Below, in pieces: positions 48,042-57,872 of a stretch of 64,000 nucleotides of DNA; the stretch's first letter is position 1; each line of letters begins with the position of its first letter. Position numbers and translations under genes: made by a program. Source of the stretch: Planctomycetota bacterium. GTDB taxonomy: Bacteria; Planctomycetota; Planctomycetia; Pirellulales; Lacipirellulaceae. The notes under the pieces were generated by a model. The model worked only from the letters and a program-made list of their open reading frames with translations, searched no databases and was not told the origin of the DNA. The stretch covers positions 1-64,000 of the forward strand of contig JBCCXZ010000007.1 in NCBI GenBank assembly GCA_039190745.1, written 5' to 3'.

Positions 48042-49175
48042 CTAAGCCGCCAGAATCCCGTCCCATTGGTGACCGAGCTTCGCCGTACCCAACAGCAGCT
48101 TCACCACGCGGTGCGAGGTGTTCGTCACCTCGTACTCCCGCGGGATCGCGTGCCCGCGGCCCGCCTCGCGGTTCTGCGTGACGAACCCGATCGAACGCAG
48201 CACCGTCTCTGTATCCAGCCCCGTCAGAACAATGTGCCCAGAGTCCATCGCCTCGGGCCGCTCCATCGCCGTACGCATCGTCACGGCCGGGAAACCCAAG
48301 ATCGCCGACTCTTCGCTGATCGTCCCGCTGTCAGAAAGCGTGCAGAACGCCTCTGTCTGCAACCGCACGTAGTCGTGGTAGCCGAACGGCGGCAGGAACC
48401 GCACGCCGGCGTCCGCGTCGCGGCCCAACGACTCGAGCCGCTGGCGGGTGCGCGGATGCGTGCTGACAATCACTGGCATGCCGTAACGCTGGCAGACCGT
48501 ATCGATGGTCTCCAGCAGCTGCTCTAGCCGAGGCTTGATATCGACGTTTTCCGCCCGGTGCATACTCACCAGGAAGAATTTGCTGGACTCGAGCGAGAGC
48601 TCGTCCAGCACCCGCGAAGCGGCAATCGGCTCTCGGCACGAGTCGAGCACCTCACGCATCGGCGAGCCCGTCAGGTAAATCTTCCGCGGGTGGACGCCCT
48701 CGGCGAGCAGGTTCCGCCGGGCGTGCTCGGTGTACACCAGATTGAAATCACTGATATGGTCCACGATCCGGCGATTGAGCTCCTCGGGCACATTGAAATC
48801 GAAGCACCGGTTGCCCGCTTCCATGTGGTACAGCGGGATGCGCATCCGCCGGGCGATCACCCCCGCGAACGCGCTGTTCGTGTCGCCCAGGATCAGCACC
48901 GCGTCGGGTTGTTCTTCTTGCAGCACCGCTTCGGTCTTCACGAGCACGTCGCCCAAGATACGGCCCAACGAGCTGCGGTCGATATTCAGAAAATGATCCG
49001 GCTGGCGGACCTTCAGGTCGCGGAAGAAGACCTCGTTCAACTCGTAGTCCGAGTTCTGCCCGGTGTGCACGACCCGATGATCGGCGTGCTCGTCGAGCAG
49101 CGACATCACACGCGACAACCGGATAATCTCCGGCCGGGTACCCAAAACCGTCATTACCTTTAGAGGAGCCGTCAT
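48042..49175 (-). CDS. fnlC: UDP-N-acetylglucosamine 2-epimerase family, FnlC/WbjD-like
   Basis: GTRPEIIRL, HTGQ, LGDTNS, HMEAGNRCFD..VPEE.NR, SDSGTISEE, ERPEA. Confidence 0.9.
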   Translation of the reverse strand: MTAPLKVMTVLGTRPEIIRLSRVMSLLDEHADHRVVHTGQNSDYELNEVFFRDLKVRQPDHFLNIDRSSLGRILGDVLVKTEAVLQEEQPDAVLILGDTNSAFAGVIARRMRIPLYHMEAGNRCFDFNVPEELNRRIVDHISDFNLVYTEHARRNLLAEGVHPRKIYLTGSPMREVLDSCREPIAASRVLDELSLESSKFFLVSMHRAENVDIKPRLEQLLETIDTVCQRYGMPVIVSTHPRTRQRLESLGRDADAGVRFLPPFGYHDYVRLQTEAFCTLSDSGTISEESAILGFPAVTMRTAMERPEAMDSGHIVLTGLDTETVLRSIGFVTQNREAGRGHAIPREYEVTNTSHRVVKLLLGTAKLGHQWDGILAA

Positions 49176-49224
49176 CGCAAGCCTCCCTGAACCAGCCTGG
49201 CAGTCCGTGCAGAACAGCGTCTGC

Positions 49225-50346
49225 TTACGCCACCTGCTCGTAAAACGTATCGGGGTCTTCCGCCTCAAAAATCTCGTTGCACCAGAACATCGTCAGCAGC
49301 TCGTCATCGCCGACGTTCTCGATCTGATGGGTGTGCAGCACGGGGATCGAAACAAACTCCGGCTTCTCGCCCGAAATCCGGAACTCGTGGACACTGTCGT
49401 CGTCCACACGGCGCATGCGGATCGCCGCCTCGCCGCGCAGCACGCAGAACCACTCGATCTTCCGCGTGTGGTAGTGGTTGCCGCGCACCACGCCCGGCTT
49501 GGTGGTCGAGTAGAACACCTGCCCGCCGCCGGCCAGCCGGATCACCTCGAACAGCTTGCCGCGGTCGTCCGCGTGAACCGTCGGCCGGATCGCGTGCGCT
49601 TCCGGCGGCAAGTAGTAGCGGTAGGTGGCGTACAGGCTCGCGTCGAGCGCGTCGTTCAAGTCGGGCACGACGTCCGACGCGTCGCTGTCGCGAAAGCCTT
49701 CGATCTTCGCGAGCAGCTCTGTAACCGAAAGCTCCGCCGTCCCGCTCACCCGGACGCTCCCGCCCGACAGGTCACGCCCCAATGCCGCCTTGCTGATCTG
49801 CTCGACCAGCTGGTTGACCCAGACAAACTCGATCCGGCTGTCCTGGACAACCGTGGGCGACTCGCCAACGGCGACCTGATGGCAAAACGTGGCCACCACA
49901 GAATTGTAGAACGGTTTGCACCCGGGACCGTAGACGTTCGGTATCACCAGCGACGCCGACTCGCGCCCGGAGGCACTCGCGGCCCACTCGGCGACGCGTC
50001 GCTCGCCGTAGGCCTTCGACCGGCCGTAGGGGTTGTCTCGCTCACTCTGCGTGGAAGACGCAAAAACCACCCTGGGCGGATCGCCTGCCGCGGAAGCGGC
50101 GTCGAGTAGCAGGTCGATCAATCCGCGGTTCACACGCTCGATCTCGCCGTCTTCGCCTCGGTTCATCCCGGCGAGGTGAACGACCGCGTCGCAGCCCGCG
50201 ACCCAATCGGCCAAGGCCGAGTCGTCGGCCCACGCCTCACGAGGGCACTCGCGCACGTCGACGCCATCGAGCGAGCGCAAGCGCCGCACCAGATGGCTAC
50301 CGACAAACCCGCCGGAACCTGTCACGCCCACAGTCTGATTGCTCAT
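49225..50346 (-). CDS. fnlB: FnlB/WbjC/CapF-like SDR reductase + cupin
   Basis: GSGGFVG, HLAGMNR, YGRSK, KPFYNSVVATFC, RGNHYHTRKIEWF, PDT. Confidence 0.9.
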   Translation of the reverse strand: MSNQTVGVTGSGGFVGSHLVRRLRSLDGVDVRECPREAWADDSALADWVAGCDAVVHLAGMNRGEDGEIERVNRGLIDLLLDAASAAGDPPRVVFASSTQSERDNPYGRSKAYGERRVAEWAASASGRESASLVIPNVYGPGCKPFYNSVVATFCHQVAVGESPTVVQDSRIEFVWVNQLVEQISKAALGRDLSGGSVRVSGTAELSVTELLAKIEGFRDSDASDVVPDLNDALDASLYATYRYYLPPEAHAIRPTVHADDRGKLFEVIRLAGGGQVFYSTTKPGVVRGNHYHTRKIEWFCVLRGEAAIRMRRVDDDSVHEFRISGEKPEFVSIPVLHTHQIENVGDDELLTMFWCNEIFEAEDPDTFYEQVA

Positions 50347-51401
50347 GCCGCAAGCCTCGGCTTGGTTTCTTCGGCCGACCGCGAAGCCCTCCACTGCTCG
50401 AGCTCCGCACGCACCTCCGGAAGACGGAGCAGCAACTGCTCGGTCTGTCGGACGCTCAACTGCGGCGCGTTCTCCGACGTGTAACCCTCGCGGGCCACCG
50501 CCTCGGAGATAGAACCCCGCAGGAAGTACTGGTCGTAGTCGCGGCCCCGCTCGGCGTGTATGCGGAAGTACTCGCCGCAGTCCTCCGCACGGGTGAGCTC
50601 CTCGGAGTTCACAAGCACTTCGTGCATCTTCTCACCGGCCCGGATACCGACGACCTCCATCGGGTTGCTCACCTCGAACAGATTCAAGAGCGCCTTAGCG
50701 AGCACTTCGACCGTCGTCGCGGCCGCCTTACGAACAAAGATGTCGCCGCGCGATCCGTGCTCCAACGCGAACGCCACGAGGTCGACCGCCTCGGAAAGCG
50801 GCAGCAGCAGCCGCGTCATCTTCGGTTCGGTCAGCGTCAGCGGTCTGCCGGACTTGATCAAATCGATGAACAGCGGGATCACCGACCCCCGGCTGTACAT
50901 CACGTTGCCGTACCGCACGCCGCAGTAGACCGTCGGAGAAGACTGGTCCCGCGAGCGGGAGAGCATCAGCTTCTCCATCAGGGCCTTCGTCTGGCCCATC
51001 GCGTTGATCGGGTAGACCGCCTTGTCGGTGCCGAGCACCACCAGCTTCTTCACCGAGTTCCGATCGGCCGCCTCCAGCACGTTGTTCGTCCCGATGACGT
51101 TCGTCTGGACCGCTTCCATAGGGAAGAACTCGCACGAGGGCACCTGCTTTAATGCCGCAGCGTGAAAGACATAGTCCACCCCGCGCATCGCCTGCATCAG
51201 GTTGTCACGGCTTCGGACGTCGCCGATCACGAACGACAACCGCGGGTCGTCGAACTTCAGCCGCATGTCGTGCTGCTTCTTCTCGTCCCGGCTGTAGACG
51301 ATCACCCGCTCGGGCTTGTGGCTCTCGAGGGCGAGCTTGATGAAGTCGTTACCAAAAGAACCGGTGCCGCCGGTAACCAGCAGCGTCTGGCCGTCGATCA
51401 T
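50343..51401 (-). CDS. fnlA: UDP-GlcNAc 4,6-dehydratase FnlA/WbjB/CapE
   Basis: TGGTGSFG, SRDEKKQ, HAAALKQVPSCEFFP, TDKAVYPINAMG, RYGNVMYSRGSV. Confidence 0.93.
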   Translation of the reverse strand: MIDGQTLLVTGGTGSFGNDFIKLALESHKPERVIVYSRDEKKQHDMRLKFDDPRLSFVIGDVRSRDNLMQAMRGVDYVFHAAALKQVPSCEFFPMEAVQTNVIGTNNVLEAADRNSVKKLVVLGTDKAVYPINAMGQTKALMEKLMLSRSRDQSSPTVYCGVRYGNVMYSRGSVIPLFIDLIKSGRPLTLTEPKMTRLLLPLSEAVDLVAFALEHGSRGDIFVRKAAATTVEVLAKALLNLFEVSNPMEVVGIRAGEKMHEVLVNSEELTRAEDCGEYFRIHAERGRDYDQYFLRGSISEAVAREGYTSENAPQLSVRQTEQLLLRLPEVRAELEQWRASRSAEETKPRLAA

Positions 51402-51669
51402 GGGAGGGCTGTGGGGTTAAGGCCGGGTTGGGAGGGGGAGATCGCCGCCTAGGGCGATCCGGGCGGGGCGACCATCAGCGGGGAGCCCCGTGGGGGCGGG
51501 CAGAGTAGGACACGCCCACAAGAGGCCGCAATAGCAGTCGGGACGACCGGCGAATGGGCAGCGTTTCCGGCCTTGCCCCTCCCGAGCCGCTTCTGTACAA
51601 GCCCGAACCGGCCGCGAGACAACCCGCACGCGGCCCCCGCCCCCACCGACACACCAATCCCCCCCCAGC

Positions 51670-52776
51670 ATGAGCACACGGCCGGCCCTCAGCCTCCGGT
51701 TCCACCTCTGGAATACCGCCCTCGCGACGCTCTTTTTCTGCGTCGCCGCGGGCGGTTGCCGCACAGGCGGCTACCAGGCCGCGAAGCTGCCCGACGCGAT
51801 GCGTGCGCCATCTATCGCGTCGAAGCCCAAGATCGACCTAGCCAGCCTCGGCACCGCGGGAGACGCCGCTTCCAGGCTCTATCGCGGCGACTTGCTTGAG
51901 CTGACGATCCTCAGCGGCGAGGACGGAGAGAAGAAAGAACCGACGCTCGCTCGTGTCGCAGAGAACGGCACGGTCGACGTACCCGTCGTGGGAGCCGTGC
52001 CCGTCGAAGGGCTTGAACCGACCGATGCCGGGGCCCGGATAGCCGCGGCCTCAGTCGAGCGGGGCTTCTACCTGCGGCCGCACGTCGCGGTAGAAATCAA
52101 GACCAAAGCGGTGAACAAGATCACCGTCCTCGGCGCCGTTCAGGAACCCGGTGTGCACGAGATCCCACGCAATGCGTGCGACCTCGTCAGCGCCATCGCC
52201 GCGGCCGGAGGCCTAGCCGAAGACGCCAGCACCGAGGTCGAAGTCCTCAGCCATCAAACCACATCCGGTACCGGCAACCCCTACGGGATCCCCAACCCCA
52301 CGGCCGTAGTCACCGCCTCAGCGACCTCGGCGCCGGCGGGGCCGCGCATCGCCCGGCTCGACCTGGCCAAGGCCACCCGGCAGTCCATCAGCGAACAGCA
52401 CCTCGCCGACCGAGACGTCGTGATGGTTCGCCCCACCGAAGAGCGGCTCATCCACGTCACCGGCGTGGTCGAGACGCCCGATCAATTCGAGCTCCCCGAC
52501 GGACAAGACGTCCGCCTACTCGACGCGGTGGCCCTCGCCGGCGGCCCTAGCTCACCCGTGGCCGACAAGGTCATCATCCTCCGCAATCGGAAAGACGGAG
52601 GCGCCCCCGTGGTGATCAACGCAAGCCTAGGGCGGGCCAAGAAGAACAACCGTGAGAACTTGCGGCTAGCAGCCGGAGACATGGTCAGTGTCGAGCAGAC
52701 GCCGGCGACCACTCTGCTCGATACGCTCGAGAAACTCTTCCGCATCTCGGTAGGCACCACCACCAACCTCTTCTAG
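51670..52776 (+). CDS. Polysaccharide export protein with SLBB domains (Wza-like lipoprotein)
   Basis: Lipobox AGGC, GDLLEL, GTVDVPVVG, ITVLGAV.EPG, LLDAVALAGG. Confidence 0.85.
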   Translation: MSTRPALSLRFHLWNTALATLFFCVAAGGCRTGGYQAAKLPDAMRAPSIASKPKIDLASLGTAGDAASRLYRGDLLELTILSGEDGEKKEPTLARVAENGTVDVPVVGAVPVEGLEPTDAGARIAAASVERGFYLRPHVAVEIKTKAVNKITVLGAVQEPGVHEIPRNACDLVSAIAAAGGLAEDASTEVEVLSHQTTSGTGNPYGIPNPTAVVTASATSAPAGPRIARLDLAKATRQSISEQHLADRDVVMVRPTEERLIHVTGVVETPDQFELPDGQDVRLLDAVALAGGPSSPVADKVIILRNRKDGGAPVVINASLGRAKKNNRENLRLAAGDMVSVEQTPATTLLDTLEKLFRISVGTTTNLF

Positions 52777-52822
52777 CCCCCATAACAAGAGCGTCACAAA
52801 CGACGCAGCCAACGCCCGGCCG

Positions 52823-55138
52823 ATGAAAAATCATCAAGACCTCAACGCACTCGCCAACGCCTCGGAGGACTCGGGGGCCGAGCTCGTCGCGACACTGACG
52901 AGGTTCCTGAAGCTCTTGCGCTTCCGCAAGAAAATCGTCTTTGCATGGCTCGCAGGAACTATGGTCCTCGGAGCCATCTACTACGGCGCAGCCCAGCGGC
53001 AGTACGCCTCTACCGCAAAGCTGCTCATCGTCCAGCAACGAAAAGACCAGGTAGAAACCGTCGGAGACCACGAGAGCTCCGACAACACGATGGCCACCCA
53101 GAGGCTGCTCGTAACCAGCCCGAAGGTCGTCGAGCGAGCCATCAAGACCATCGACCCCAGATACCTGATCGACATCCGAGACAAACCGCCCCACAAGTGG
53201 ACTCGAGAAGTGAGCGAACGCCTCAGCGCCTCGACTACTCGGAACACCAACTTCGTGACCGTCAGCTACCGTTCTGTCCACCCTGAAGCCGCCGCCGCCA
53301 TGGTGAGCGCGGTCACCGACTCCTACCTGGGATTCGTCCAGTACACCCACAAAGGCACGGCCGCCGAACTCGTCGAAGAGCTTGAAGCGGCCCTCGAAGA
53401 GCGCAACCAAGAACTCAACGCCAAGCATCAAGAACTCGACGCGATCCGTCGGGAGATGCTCCACCTGAACGTCGACTCTACCGACGGCGTCGTCGAGCCA
53501 ATCATCCAACGTGCCATCCGCGCCAACGAAGTCTACACCCAAGCCCAGGAACGGCGGCAGAGGCTCCAGGCAACCCTCACTGCGGTCGAGCAAGCCATAG
53601 CCCGCGGTGACGACGTCCACCAGTACCTGGCCGGCGTTGAAGAAGAAGTCGGGAAGCAGCTGATGCTCGCCGCAATGGGCCTGAGCTCGCAAGACTCCAG
53701 GACTCTCGCCGAGCAAGAAGAGAAGCTCTTCTCGACCCGCAACGAAATCCGCCGACTCTCGCAGTACCTGGGCCCCAACCACCCAAAGCTCCGCGGCCTG
53801 CAGACCAAAGCCTCCCAGTTGCAGACCTACATCGCCGACTACCAGAAGAACGCCGGGCAGCGATTCAAATCCTCACTCGACAAGGAAGGAGCCGTCGCTG
53901 TCAAAGAGCTCCTAGCCCGACGTCTACGCCAGGCCGTCGAGGCCGAGAACCAGTTCGCCAAGAATTTCCAAGCCGCCCGGTCCGAGGCGGCCACCCGCAG
54001 CGCCGACATCGACCGCCTCCAACGCATCGAGCGCGAGTTGGAACGGCTCGAAGCCCGACGCGATGCCATCGAAGAACGGATCGCCAACATTGACATCCGC
54101 CAGGAGCAGGCCCCGCTCCGCGTGACTGTGGTGCAAGACCCCGTGCCGGAGCGCGAGCCCATCTCGCCGAAACTGCAGATGGTAGTGCTGGGCAGCATCT
54201 TCGGTGGATTGATGCTCGGCTGCGGCGCCGTCTACGTCCAAGACGTCCTCGACGACAGATTCGGTTCGCCGGAAGAGATGACCGCCCAGCTGGACGTGCC
54301 GATCCTCTCGGTTGTTCGGCAACTCGACCCCCTCTCGGGCTCCGGCCTGCAAACCGTCTATACGAACGCGCTGCCCTCGTCGGTGGAATCCGAAGCGTTC
54401 CGCACACTCCGCACTTCGCTAAGCCTCACTGCTGAAACCTCCAACCGTGTGCTGGTCACCAGCTCCGAACCGGGCGACGGCAAGACCACCGTCACTGCCA
54501 ATACTTCGGTCGCCTTCGCAAAAGCCGGCAAGCGCACCATCGTTCTGGATTGCGACCTCCGCAAGCCTGGACTCACAACGCTGCTGGAGCTCAAGGGGCA
54601 GCCTGGGGTCGGAGACATTCTGGCCGGCGACTTCCCACCCTCAGAGACGGCGCCCGGGCTCATCGTTCGTACCGAGGTCGAAGGCTTAGACATTATCCCC
54701 GCGGGACCGCGGCGAGCCGACCCCGCCGAACTGCTCAGCGGCAAACAACTCACAGAGCTACTCGCGTGGGCCGAGGCAAACTACGACCAGGTTATTGTCG
54801 ACTGCCCACCGGTGCTCGCAGTGAGTGACGCCCAGATTGTCGGTCAGCTAGTGGACGGCGCCATCCTCGTAGTCCGCCCCGAGAAGAATCATCGACGCAT
54901 GGTCATCCGGGCTATCGACAGCCTCTTTGGCACCGGCTGCCAAGTGCTCGGCGTGGTCGCCAACGGCGTCTCGCAACAGAGTGCGGGGTACGGGTACGGA
55001 TATGGGTACGGGTACGGCGATGGGTACGGCGAACCGACCGAGACAAGTACGCTGCCGACCGCGTCGAAACCGCTCAGCACAGAGCCCGGGGCCGATCCCT
55101 ATTTCTCCGAGACTCAGCAGCCTCGGCGTGCTGCCTAG
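52823..55138 (+). CDS. wzc: Polysaccharide co-polymerase / tyrosine autokinase (Wzc)
   Basis: Two TMs around a coiled coil, EAFRTLRT, Walker A EPGDGKTT, DCDLRKP, DCPP, C-terminal GY cluster. Confidence 0.92.
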   Translation: MKNHQDLNALANASEDSGAELVATLTRFLKLLRFRKKIVFAWLAGTMVLGAIYYGAAQRQYASTAKLLIVQQRKDQVETVGDHESSDNTMATQRLLVTSPKVVERAIKTIDPRYLIDIRDKPPHKWTREVSERLSASTTRNTNFVTVSYRSVHPEAAAAMVSAVTDSYLGFVQYTHKGTAAELVEELEAALEERNQELNAKHQELDAIRREMLHLNVDSTDGVVEPIIQRAIRANEVYTQAQERRQRLQATLTAVEQAIARGDDVHQYLAGVEEEVGKQLMLAAMGLSSQDSRTLAEQEEKLFSTRNEIRRLSQYLGPNHPKLRGLQTKASQLQTYIADYQKNAGQRFKSSLDKEGAVAVKELLARRLRQAVEAENQFAKNFQAARSEAATRSADIDRLQRIERELERLEARRDAIEERIANIDIRQEQAPLRVTVVQDPVPEREPISPKLQMVVLGSIFGGLMLGCGAVYVQDVLDDRFGSPEEMTAQLDVPILSVVRQLDPLSGSGLQTVYTNALPSSVESEAFRTLRTSLSLTAETSNRVLVTSSEPGDGKTTVTANTSVAFAKAGKRTIVLDCDLRKPGLTTLLELKGQPGVGDILAGDFPPSETAPGLIVRTEVEGLDIIPAGPRRADPAELLSGKQLTELLAWAEANYDQVIVDCPPVLAVSDAQIVGQLVDGAILVVRPEKNHRRMVIRAIDSLFGTGCQVLGVVANGVSQQSAGYGYGYGYGYGDGYGEPTETSTLPTASKPLSTEPGADPYFSETQQPRRAA

Positions 55139-55152
55139 GGGGAGCGTTCGCT

Positions 55153-57831
55153 ATGCCCGCGACACTCGCTGTCTGGCAGACAGAAACACCAAGGATCGAC
55201 GAGCCGCCGCTGGTGCGCTACGCACAGGGCGTCGTGGACGCGTCACTTGCCGGCGTCATCTTCGCCGTGCCGCTTGCGCTCGGAGGACGCCACGACCTGG
55301 GTCGCTTCCTATTCATTATCCTCGCAGCCGTCGCGTCGGTCGCATGGTGCGTTCGTCAGTCTGCTTGCAAGAAAGATTCTTTGCGCGCTAGCTGGGGCTA
55401 CGCGGTACCCGTACTCGCCGCCTTGCTGCTCGTAGCACAACTCTGTCCTCTACCGCCTGAAGCCACGCGCGCCCTGCCACAGACCGCCGATCGTCTGCTG
55501 CCGCTCTGGCAACCCGGTGCAGCGATACGGCTAGGCTCCTGGAAGACGCTCTCCCTCGCTCCAGCAGAAACCCGGCTCGCCCTCGCAAACCTGGTGGCAT
55601 ACGCACTGCTGTTTTTCACCGTTCACCAGAGGGCCAGGTGCGTCGACGATGCAAAACGGTTGATGCAGTGGGTGGGCTGCAGCGCAATCGTTTCCGCCGC
55701 ATTCGGATTAGTGCATACCCTCTGTTCAAACGGGAAACATTTCTGGTTCTACGAAGTGCCGCACGCTAGGCCGGAGTACCATTTCAGCGGGGCGTTTACG
55801 AACCCAAATCACTTCGCCAATCTTCTAGTTCTCGGGGTCGGTCCGCTCGCGGCCTGGGTAGTCCTAAGAGACCGAGCGGATCGGCGAAGCGGCGAACGCG
55901 AACGGCGAGGAAACAGTAGCAATACGCGAGGCCTTTCAGCCGCGGCCATCCTGGGTTATGGGGCGCTAGGCTTGGTAGTCTTGACAATCACATTGACGGC
56001 TTCCCGTGGCGGAGTAATTGCGTTGGGAACCGCAACAGCGGCGCTGCTGGCGGGCCTACACTACCGCTCGCTCATGTCCGTTCGCCACGTGGCCGGCATC
56101 GGAACGATCATCTTAGCCTTGCTGGCCACGGCGTCCCTCTATGGATTCGATCGGCTTGAAAAACGTCTCCAAACCCTCGTAGCCGGCAACATCGAAGAGG
56201 TCGATTTCCGGAGCGGTCGCCGTACGGTCTGGCAAGCAAACCTTACCGCGTTTACAGAACGACCCGTCACCGGGACCGGAGCAGGATCCCACCGCGATGC
56301 ACACGCCGCATTTGTGCCGAAACACAACGGTGTGGTCTACACACACGCAGAAAATGGCTACCTGCAGATCCTGTCCGAGACCGGTTTGGCAGGCGCGATC
56401 CTGCTGATGATCGGGGTCGGTTTCGTCGTGTATTGGTGCATGGCTGCGATCAGCCGCTCTAAAGAAGACGAATCAGCGGCCTACGCGGTCGCCGCTACAG
56501 CCGGATTGGCCGCGAGCCTCACGCACTCGCTAGTAGACTTCGTGTGGTACATACCCGGCTGCATGGGGCCAACCCTGATACTAGCCGCCTGCCAGCTGAG
56601 GCTTGCGCAGATCGCCAGCCAAAACCGCCGCGCCCAAGGCGTCATTCTCTCAGGCTACGCCGGCTGGGCCCTAACCGCGTGCATCGTATTCATTGCCACT
56701 TGGTCGGTCGCTGCCTACTCCTCGGCCGCTATTGCCTCCGTTCACTGGGACCGCTACTCGCGATTGGCTATTGCGGATCAAGAAATCGCACGCAGCGAGT
56801 TACTCCGATCCAGCCCTCGACCGGAGACCCACGCCCTCCGCGTCGCCAACGCCGAAGCGATGATCCGCTGCCTCCGCGCTTTCCTGAGCTACCGGCACGA
56901 TTCTGCGCGAGTGCATAGCGTGCTGGCCACACGCTACACGCAGTTGTTCGACCTCCGCCAAACAGACTCCGAGAATGCACTGTCCGTTGCCCAACTCAGA
57001 GACACCGTCGATGCCTGCGGCTTCACCGATCTCCGGCAACTCCAGGAATGGCTCCAGAGGGCCATCGGAGAGAATCTGGAGTTGCTCGTCGCGGCCCGCA
57101 AACATGCGTTGCTCTCGATCCACTACTGCCCTATGAACTCCGGTCCTTACCTGAAATTGGCCGACACCGGCTTCCTGGCGGGACAATCATCCGAGGTTAA
57201 CGACGCCCTGCTTGAGCAAGCGCTCCGTGTGCGTCCGAAAAGCCCACGGGTTCTTTACACCGTCGGGGCCTACAAATTCAACCACGGGCAACCAGACCGC
57301 GGCGAAGAGCTCTGGAAACGCAGTTACGACACACCAGGCTCCCATCGGCTGCGGATCATCCGCACGCTCGCCTACCAAACTTCCGCCTCCTACTTCTTGG
57401 ACACGTTCCGCCCAAGGTGGGATAGCCTGGAACACGTCTGGAAGTTCTTCCGAGAATCACAATCCGAAGCCGAACTCGTGCGGATCGTCGACTACGCCGC
57501 CCGGGCCGCCAGAAACGAACCCCCGCTAGAGCGGCTAGGCCTTGAAGGCCGCAAGTGGGTCAAGCTTAGCGAAATGCAAGCCGCAGTCGGCCGTCCTGAA
57601 CTCGCTACTCGCGCGCTCGAGGAGGGCTACCGCAGAGCGCCCACCGTTTGGACACTCCGCCGTTCCCTTGGGATACACCTCGCCCAAGCCGAACGGCTCC
57701 GAGAAGCCGAGCCCCACCTCCGCTGGTGTCTGGGCCGCCAACCTCAAGACGAAGCGGTCCAGCAAGCGCTTGTTGAGGCCGCCAAAGAGCGGCTCGCCGC
57801 CATGCGGAACGACGACTCTGCTTGGAAGTAA
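55153..57831 (+). CDS. O-antigen ligase-family membrane protein with C-terminal TPR-like region
   Basis: GAFTNPNHFA, TASRGG, R..VW, GTGAG, HAENGYLQILSETG, HSLVDF. Confidence 0.87.
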   Translation: MPATLAVWQTETPRIDEPPLVRYAQGVVDASLAGVIFAVPLALGGRHDLGRFLFIILAAVASVAWCVRQSACKKDSLRASWGYAVPVLAALLLVAQLCPLPPEATRALPQTADRLLPLWQPGAAIRLGSWKTLSLAPAETRLALANLVAYALLFFTVHQRARCVDDAKRLMQWVGCSAIVSAAFGLVHTLCSNGKHFWFYEVPHARPEYHFSGAFTNPNHFANLLVLGVGPLAAWVVLRDRADRRSGERERRGNSSNTRGLSAAAILGYGALGLVVLTITLTASRGGVIALGTATAALLAGLHYRSLMSVRHVAGIGTIILALLATASLYGFDRLEKRLQTLVAGNIEEVDFRSGRRTVWQANLTAFTERPVTGTGAGSHRDAHAAFVPKHNGVVYTHAENGYLQILSETGLAGAILLMIGVGFVVYWCMAAISRSKEDESAAYAVAATAGLAASLTHSLVDFVWYIPGCMGPTLILAACQLRLAQIASQNRRAQGVILSGYAGWALTACIVFIATWSVAAYSSAAIASVHWDRYSRLAIADQEIARSELLRSSPRPETHALRVANAEAMIRCLRAFLSYRHDSARVHSVLATRYTQLFDLRQTDSENALSVAQLRDTVDACGFTDLRQLQEWLQRAIGENLELLVAARKHALLSIHYCPMNSGPYLKLADTGFLAGQSSEVNDALLEQALRVRPKSPRVLYTVGAYKFNHGQPDRGEELWKRSYDTPGSHRLRIIRTLAYQTSASYFLDTFRPRWDSLEHVWKFFRESQSEAELVRIVDYAARAARNEPPLERLGLEGRKWVKLSEMQAAVGRPELATRALEEGYRRAPTVWTLRRSLGIHLAQAERLREAEPHLRWCLGRQPQDEAVQQALVEAAKERLAAMRNDDSAWK

Positions 57832-57872
57832 GAATCTAACCACGCTTCAGCCCTCTATAAGACGAATTCTAT

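Noticed and set aside
54985..55030. GGGTAC hexamer repeat as a contingency locus
   Set aside because: Encodes the normal Wzc tyrosine cluster (GYGYGY).
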